A stretch of DNA of 14,153 bases from an uncultured Parachlamydiaceae bacterium. GTDB lineage: Bacteria > Chlamydiota > Chlamydiia > Chlamydiales > Parachlamydiaceae. How positions within the stretch are numbered: position 1 is the first letter of the stretch; each line of letters begins with the position of its first letter. The position numbers and the translations under genes are program-made. Positions 8,302 through 14,153 of the stretch are shown here, piece after piece. The notes beneath the pieces are model-generated. The model did not search any database. It saw nothing but the letters and a program-made list of their open reading frames with translations, and was not told where the DNA came from. The stretch covers positions 1 to 14,153 of the forward strand of contig CAVVXH010000003.1 of assembly GCA_963752155.1 (NCBI GenBank), written 5' to 3'.

Positions 8302-10371
8302 ATGTATAAGGAAGAATCCAATCCAGCTTTGGATGATGATGGCCAAAATATTACCGAAGAAAAAGGAACCATCCTAATTGTCGATGATGACAAACTCGTT
8401 TTGAAGGCCTTGGAAATGACACTCCAGCGTGAGGGATACGATGTGATGACTGCAGAGAATGGAGAGCAGGCGATCAATATCCTTAATCAACATCTCCCCG
8501 CTATCATCATCTGCGATCAATCCCTTCCAGGCATGAATGGAATGGAAGTGATGCAGAAAGCGGAAGAATTACGACCGGATGCGATCCGAATTCTCTTGAC
8601 CGGGAGTCAGGATGTAGAAACTGCGATTAATGCCATTAACATCGGCCATGTAAGCCAATACCTGACTAAGCCTTGGAGAGACATCCATCTCTGCAAAATC
8701 GTTAAAACTTCTTTAGAAAAATACAAGTTAATCAAAGAAAATCAGATCTTGCAAAAATTAATCTACAATCAACACAGAAAACTTAAGCAAACCCATGCGA
8801 GTTTAAGGCATGAATTGAAACTTAGCGGGCATATTCATGAACAGATGCTTCTCGGAAAAGTCCCAACAAACATTCCGGGCTTTATCATCAAAACTTGCAC
8901 CTCTCCTTCCAAAGAAGTCGATGGTGATTTTTTTGAGTTTTATCATGCAGCGCCCCATGTCCTCGACATGGTACTCGGGGATGTCATGGGTAAAGGCATC
9001 GCAGCCGCACTCGTTGGTACTGCTGTTAAAACCCAAATGATCCGCTTTGCAATGCCATTTCCTTTTAGCCAAATTTATGAAGAGCAAACGGGTTGGAGCA
9101 ACAACCTGTTGAAACCAGAACAAATCATCTCCCATGTTCACAAATCCATTAGCAAACAACTCATCGACCTTGAATATTTTGTAGCCCTATTTTATGCACG
9201 TTTTGACCTACAATACAAAACCCTCACATATCTCGATTGCGGGTCAGCAAAACCAATTCATTATCGCTCAGATAAAAATGACCTCGTCCAATTGTCTGGA
9301 GATAATTTCCCTTTAGGAATTGTGGAAAACCCTGAATTAAGGTCCGTGGAGACCACTTTTGGGGAGGGAGACATCTTTGTGTTTTATTCTGATGGAATCA
9401 GCGAAGCACGCTCTCCAAACAATGAATTTTTTGGAGTTGAGAGAATCATGGACTTAGTGAGAACTAATCAAGATTTCAGAGCAGAAGCACTGGTCGATAT
9501 CATCCGAAGAAAAGTCCTTGCGTTTGCAAATAAAGAAAAACTAGACGACGATCTTACTCTGATCGTGATTAAAATAGGGTTCTATGAAAGGCCGGATATC
9601 TCAAAATACTCGAAAACCCAATTTTATTGTGATTTGTCCCAGCTTCATGCCGTCAGGAACTTCGTTAAACGGTTTATCAGAAAAGCCCCAGGAGATAGCG
9701 CGCGCCTTGCTAGCGAAATGGAATTAGTGATTAATGAAGCCTTTTGCAATATCGTTAAGCATGGAACTTCCGATCTTAATAAAAATCCTATTCATATTTC
9801 AGGAGAACTGGGAGAAAAAGGAATTATATTTGAGATTAAAGATAAAGGCTTTTCGTTCGATCCTGCCGCAGTTAATGAGCCAAGTTTTGCAGGGAATAGA
9901 GATACGGGATACGGCTGGCATATCATTAAGGAATTGTCGGACAAAATTATTTATACTAGAAAAGAAGAAAATGCAGGGTGGAACCACCTTACGATTTACA
10001 AACACTATTATTTTAGAGAGGGTAAAATGAATATCAATCATAAAACAAATGGAAAAGTTCTAGTGATCACTCCCGACGGAGAATGCCTCGACGCCAAAGA
10101 AGCCGTTGAATTTAAAGAAAAAGTTGTCGAGCTTATTAATAATAATAACATGAATGGCGTTGTATTTGACCTGGACAGAGTTCAGTTCATTGATAGTTCA
10201 GGAATGGGGAGCCTCCTTTCCGTGCTTCGGCTCTTGAACACAAGAGGGGGGGATCTAAAATTATCTAGAATGAACAAACAGATCAGAACGATGTTCGAAC
10301 TAGTAAAAATGCATAAAATCTTTGAAATTTATAACTCCACAGAGGAAGCCGTTGTTTCCTTTCACGAATGA
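8302..10371 (+). CDS. Multidomain partner-switching protein: receiver + SpoIIE/RsbU-type PP2C phosphatase + RsbW-type HATPase kinase + STAS anti-anti-sigma (about 689 aa)
   Basis: REC: ILIVDDD, IICDQSLPGMNG, LLTG, YLTKPW. PP2C: VDGDFF, GDVMGKGIAAA, YSDGISEA, DDDLTLIVIK. HATPase: EAFCNIVKHG, IKDKGFSFDP, GYGWHIIKELSD. STAS: FDLDRVQFIDSSGMGSL. ATG 8302 is preferred over 8152 because the extension runs through the repeat. Confidence 0.92.
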   Translation: MYKEESNPALDDDGQNITEEKGTILIVDDDKLVLKALEMTLQREGYDVMTAENGEQAINILNQHLPAIIICDQSLPGMNGMEVMQKAEELRPDAIRILLTGSQDVETAINAINIGHVSQYLTKPWRDIHLCKIVKTSLEKYKLIKENQILQKLIYNQHRKLKQTHASLRHELKLSGHIHEQMLLGKVPTNIPGFIIKTCTSPSKEVDGDFFEFYHAAPHVLDMVLGDVMGKGIAAALVGTAVKTQMIRFAMPFPFSQIYEEQTGWSNNLLKPEQIISHVHKSISKQLIDLEYFVALFYARFDLQYKTLTYLDCGSAKPIHYRSDKNDLVQLSGDNFPLGIVENPELRSVETTFGEGDIFVFYSDGISEARSPNNEFFGVERIMDLVRTNQDFRAEALVDIIRRKVLAFANKEKLDDDLTLIVIKIGFYERPDISKYSKTQFYCDLSQLHAVRNFVKRFIRKAPGDSARLASEMELVINEAFCNIVKHGTSDLNKNPIHISGELGEKGIIFEIKDKGFSFDPAAVNEPSFAGNRDTGYGWHIIKELSDKIIYTRKEENAGWNHLTIYKHYYFREGKMNINHKTNGKVLVITPDGECLDAKEAVEFKEKVVELINNNNMNGVVFDLDRVQFIDSSGMGSLLSVLRLLNTRGGDLKLSRMNKQIRTMFELVKMHKIFEIYNSTEEAVVSFHE

Positions 10372-10381
10372 GTGATCGTTT

Positions 10382-11126
10382 ATGGAAAAATCAAAGACCT
10401 TAAAAGGATTTCATCGGAAAAAACTAGTCGATGAACTTCATCGGAAATATGCGCACTCCTACTCATTTTCTAGCAAGGCAAGATTCTTGAGGAAAAAGTA
10501 CCTATGGCTTTTTTGTGTCGAAGGATCGAACATGCTCAAAAGAATCTTGGACATTTTCATTTCGTTTATCCTATTTGTTTTTCTTTCGCCCTTAATAGCG
10601 ATCCTTTCCTTGCTGATCAAATTAGCGGATGGCGGGCCTGTCCTTTATATTACAAATCGGGTTGGTAAATGGGGAAAAGAGTTCAGATTTCCAAAATTCC
10701 GCACAATGAATTTGGATGCTAATCAAGCTAAAGAATCACTGAAACAGTACAATATGTATTCCTCCGATGTTAAATTCAAAATGTTGAACGACCCAAGAGT
10801 GACCATACTTGGGCGCATATTAAGAAAAACAAGTCTTGACGAACTTCCTCAACTCTGGTGTGTGTTGAAAGGAGAAATGTCTTTAGTTGGGACCTCGTCC
10901 CCCTCTTCCAGAAGAAGTCAGCTGTTACACCCTTGAACAAAGAAGAAGGTTAGATGTCAAACCTGGCCTCACATGCATCTGGCAGGTAAGCGGTCGTTCG
11001 GAAATACCTTTCGATAAGCAAGTGGAGTTAGACATTGCCTATATCGAAAGTCGAAATTTATGGCTCGACATCAAACTTATCCTTCAGACCATCCCAGCAG
11101 TTCTATTTGGTAAAGGCGCCTATTAA
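10382..11126 (+). CDS. Bacterial sugar transferase (polyprenyl-phosphate priming phosphoglycosyltransferase, Bac_transf family), about 247 aa, one frameshift near 10889-10891
   Basis: KRILDI-TM-GGPVLY...RVG..GK.F...KFRTM...DPRVT.LGR.LRKTSLDELPQLWCVLKGEMSLVG, then in the next frame PRP...RRLDVKPGLTCIWQVSGRS...LDIAYI. Removing one G from gtt-ggg-acct restores SLVGPRP. Confidence 0.93.
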
Positions 11127-11131
11127 CTCTT

Positions 11132-12632
11132 ATGATGACAGAAAAAATTGAATGTAATCTCCAGGTTTTGAAAACTCCACCCCAGATAAAAACTCGTGCC
11201 TTTTTGTTTTGCTTAGGATCAAGGGAAAATATGAAACCCCTGATTCACTATCGCCCTGCGGAATTATTAAATATAGCCGATAAACCTATTCTTTTTCATG
11301 TTCTGGATTCCCTCGTCAAGCAAGGAATCGACACATTCGATTTAATACTCCATCATTTTCCGGAGCAGATAGAAGAAAAAATTGACGAAGGCTCTCGTTG
11401 GGGTGTCAAGATTAACTATCATTTAGCTAAAAATCCCCTCCACCCTTTGATCCCTATTCTCCCAACCCTGAAAAAATTGGGAGAAGATCTTATTCTAATT
11501 GGACAAGGAGACTACCTCCCCTTACTCCCAAAAGATTTCGCTGTGCGTCCAAAGCCAGTCTTTTTTGACGATGAAAATAATCAATGGACAGGCTGGGGTT
11601 TAATTTCCGCACAAGATCTCTCTACTCTTAACAGAACGATCTCATTCCACACAATCCCAACAAGCTTAACATCCATCTCACATGTAAATGTGGGTTCATT
11701 TCTTAGTTCCTTAAGCTTCTCAGAACTTAAAGATACAAACAAAAAATTTCTCAATGGAGACGCCCAAGCACTCCTTTTTCCACAAGCTTAAAGAAAATCG
11801 AAAACGGAGTTTGGCTTTCCCGTGCTGTCATCATAGAACCTGGCGTCAAGGTGACTCCTCCCGTTCTCATCGGAGAATTTTGCCAAATAAAATCAGGAGC
11901 TCACATAGGTCCTAACGCAATTATTGAAAATCATTGCATTATCGATCATAACTCCCTCATTGAAAATTCTCTTGTGTGCCAAAATAGTTATGTGGGCGAA
12001 TCCCTTGAGGTGCAAAATTGTATCGTTGATAGGAATTCATTAATTAATCTTTCGCATGGTACAGATTTGGATATCCAAGAAAAATTCCTTCTAAGCGAGA
12101 TTTATCCTCCTTCTCTCTTCTCGGCGTTGCAAAAAATCAGCCGAGTCAATTCTGGCATTCTTACTTTTAATTTTCTTATTCCCAGTGTATCTCTTGATGC
12201 GTTTTAAGTTTCTAATCAAAATTCAATCGATCATTTCTCTTCCTACGAGCAACGTTCAAAACGAATGGAAGTCTTTCGATTTCTATTCTTTTTCACAACT
12301 CTCTTCGAAAGATGGCAGTTGGGCTCTAAAACACTTCTATTGGCTGCCCGCTTTAATTAATATCATCCAAGGAAATCTATCCTTCATAGGAAATCCCCGA
12401 TCTTATTGAAGATATCTGCAAACTACCCGAGGAATGGAAAAATATTTATCTTAAAAGTAAACCTGGGTTAATCACCCTTTGCAATATCGATTATGGAAAC
12501 AAACCTACAGAAGATGAACAGTATGCAGCGGAATCTTACTACGCTGCACACATGTCTTTGGGCTTAGACATCACATTGGCTTTTAAATGGCTGAGCAAAT
12601 TAATAATGGGGAAAAAACGTCAGCTTGAGTGA
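11132..12632 (+). CDS. Fusion of an NDP-sugar pyrophosphorylase-like domain, hexapeptide (LbH) repeats and a degenerate sugar-transferase domain (about 500 aa), three apparent frameshifts
   Basis: N-terminus MKPLIHYRPAELLNIADKPILFHVL...DEGSRWGVKINY. Shift near 11783 into SLKKIENGVWLSRAVIIEPGVKVTPPVLIGEFCQIKSGAHIGPNAII (LbH). Shift near 12145 into TM ILAFLLLIFLFPVYLL and WLPALINIIQGNLSFIG. Shift near 12405 into EEWKNIYLKSKPGLI...YYAAHMSLGLDI...QLE* (TGA 12630-12632). Confidence 0.78.
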
Positions 12633-12696
12633 ACCACGGTGATCACATAGCAAACAGAATTAATTTTTAGTTTTTTACGTCCACTAATCTTCGTTT

Positions 12697-14046
12697 TTAA
12701 GCAGCAGACATTTGGTTCATGATTTCTTCGAGCTCATATTTCCATAGTTCTGTGTTTTTATCGAAATGAGAAAAATATTTCTTCTTTAAAATCTTCCGCC
12801 TCACATATGCGAGAACGTCAGAGAAAGTTACATGAGGTTTTTTATACCAAGAACTTGTCTGAATGGGGATTTTTTCATGTTTAGATTGAAGAGACTCTAT
12901 TGCTATCAGATTTATGATCGAAAATGAAGCTAGAACACAAGGTGTTATTCTATCGATGGCCTTATCGGACCATTGTCTCTGAGTTTCCATTCCAAGATGC
13001 CTTCGGGCCTCCTCAAAGGTTACCTCTATTGCCCAGCGATTTACAAATTCTTCTATGATCTCTTTCACGGATATATTTATACCCGTACTGAAAATCAAGG
13101 CTTCTTGATCACCCTCTTTTGTCAAAATCCACTTAATGGGAACAGGTCGAATTCCATAACCATACCACAAGCAGGTACCAGTTAAGGCTTGAATTTCCCT
13201 GAGTTTTCCCCCATACCAGCAAACTGTTATCCTGTCCCAAACAAGAGAAGGATCTTTTAACATGTCCTTAAAAATCGGTAATCGATGACCAACCAACTTT
13301 TTACGTCTTTTGCCTTTTGGAGGCGGTGGAAAATCGAAAGTTCTTGCATCTAAACGCATTCTGGAAATCAATATAATGCCTAGGTCGATGCAAGTGTTTG
13401 CGAGGAGATAAGTCGCAAAGGCTGAATCTGCAACCACAGTTATTTTTGTAGTTGGGCCAAGCCATCGACGCAGTAATTTAACAGCCTGGCAAGTCCACTG
13501 ATTTAATGTTTTATGCCGTTTGTTTTTTTTTAAATCGTGTGCATTTTGAGAAGAGGATAAAGGGATTTCAGGAGGCATTAAAATGCTCAAAACGGGAAGA
13601 GCCCATTTACGCTCAGACCAAGGCAATTTTATATGAATAGCACAAACTAACCAGTTTAAGCCTGGGACAAGGACTTTTCTTGCTTTAGTCGATCTGACAG
13701 CATCTCTTTGTATGCCTAAGCTTTTAATTTTCGGTCCTTTCCTACGCTCAACGGTGGTATCAAATGAAAATGTAACTGAAGACGGAGTTAGTGACACTAA
13801 TTTCAGAACTAAAATCTTTGACGCATTTAAAGCAGACCATTTAGCTTTTCTGAAGAAATCATGGTATCTAGAATAGTTTTTAACTTCTCTTAAATTTAGA
13901 TTTTTTAAAATTTCGCAAACGGTTCGTTTTCCTTTGCATAAAATATGCCCCTGAAATAACAGAAGAAAATTAAAGTAGGAAGGTTGCGAAAATAGTGGCA
14001 AAAAGATAGATAGAGCAGATATCATTGAAGCTGGCAAATCTAGCAT
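12697..14046 (-). CDS. DDE transposase, IS701-like (IS4 superfamily), intact 449 aa
   Basis: FSFDTTVERRKG, VVADSAF, ISRMRLDA, RWAIEVTFEEARRHLGMETQRQWSD and WYKK..VTFSD motifs. Confidence 0.92.
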   Translation of the reverse strand: MLDLPASMISALSIFLPLFSQPSYFNFLLLFQGHILCKGKRTVCEILKNLNLREVKNYSRYHDFFRKAKWSALNASKILVLKLVSLTPSSVTFSFDTTVERRKGPKIKSLGIQRDAVRSTKARKVLVPGLNWLVCAIHIKLPWSERKWALPVLSILMPPEIPLSSSQNAHDLKKNKRHKTLNQWTCQAVKLLRRWLGPTTKITVVADSAFATYLLANTCIDLGIILISRMRLDARTFDFPPPPKGKRRKKLVGHRLPIFKDMLKDPSLVWDRITVCWYGGKLREIQALTGTCLWYGYGIRPVPIKWILTKEGDQEALIFSTGINISVKEIIEEFVNRWAIEVTFEEARRHLGMETQRQWSDKAIDRITPCVLASFSIINLIAIESLQSKHEKIPIQTSSWYKKPHVTFSDVLAYVRRKILKKKYFSHFDKNTELWKYELEEIMNQMSAA

Positions 14047-14098
14047 AGAATAATCTTTGTTTCGTGGTTGAAAAAAAGTTATGGTATGCTGATTTGCC
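14033..14098 (-). promoter_or_regulatory. Long imperfect hairpin covering the transposase start codon
   Basis: mRNA sense: ggcaaatcagcataccataactttttttc-aaccac-gaaacaaagattattct-ATG-ctagatttgcc. Arms of about 30 nt, with the ATG (14046-14044) inside the 3' arm. Confidence 0.75.
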
Positions 14099-14153
14099 TT
14101 TTTTTATGAGTAAAAAATTGGGCAAGTTTTCAAAAAAGCCTAAAGTCGAGGCA

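Larger units (their letters stand above)
12697..14150 (-). mobile_element. Insertion sequence (IS701-like); downstream boundary not defined
   Basis: Transposase plus a probable terminus ctcgactttaggc (minus strand, 14150-14138) about 100 nt upstream of the ATG. No matching inverted repeat or target duplication is visible after the stop codon. Confidence 0.7.

Noticed and set aside
10885..10895. Programmed ribosomal frameshift in the sugar transferase
   Set aside because: No slippery heptamer or stimulatory structure; a single extra G fits the window-wide indel pattern.
120..13185. Short antisense/overlapping ORFs (120-353, 334-546, 1284-1610, 2408-2611, 3250-3489, 4003-4209, 4641-4892, 8238-8477, 8803-9159, 8837-9040, 9734-10030, 9799-10041, 12973-13185)
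   Set aside because: They overlap well-supported genes in other frames or strands and show no motifs.
1..14153. Composite transposon bounded by the two IS-related ends
   Set aside because: The two transposases are highly diverged, the left one is decayed, and the cargo includes core genes (thyX, rpoN).

Overview
AT-rich bacterial DNA, most likely from an environmental chlamydia (Parachlamydiales-like). This is inferred from the long two-domain ThyX, an F-box protein of the type expanded in amoeba-infecting chlamydiae, and rpoN. Left to right: 3' remnant of a diverged IS701-like transposase; a proline-rich/coiled-coil putative effector split by one frameshift; terminator; LysR regulator; F-box protein; thyX, preceded by a sigma54-like -24/-12 motif; a HExxH membrane protein; and a multiply frameshifted rpoN. 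Divergent from rpoN is an apparent operon. It encodes a single-chain partner-switching protein (REC-PP2C phosphatase-RsbW-like kinase-STAS), a priming sugar transferase, and a nucleotidyltransferase-like/LbH/sugar-transferase fusion. An intact IS701-like transposase closes the window. Many genes carry small indels, often in short homopolymers, so sequencing error is likely and all fusion/pseudogene calls need read-level confirmation. The best candidate for an undescribed system is the partner switch coupled to glycan-priming enzymes next to rpoN.
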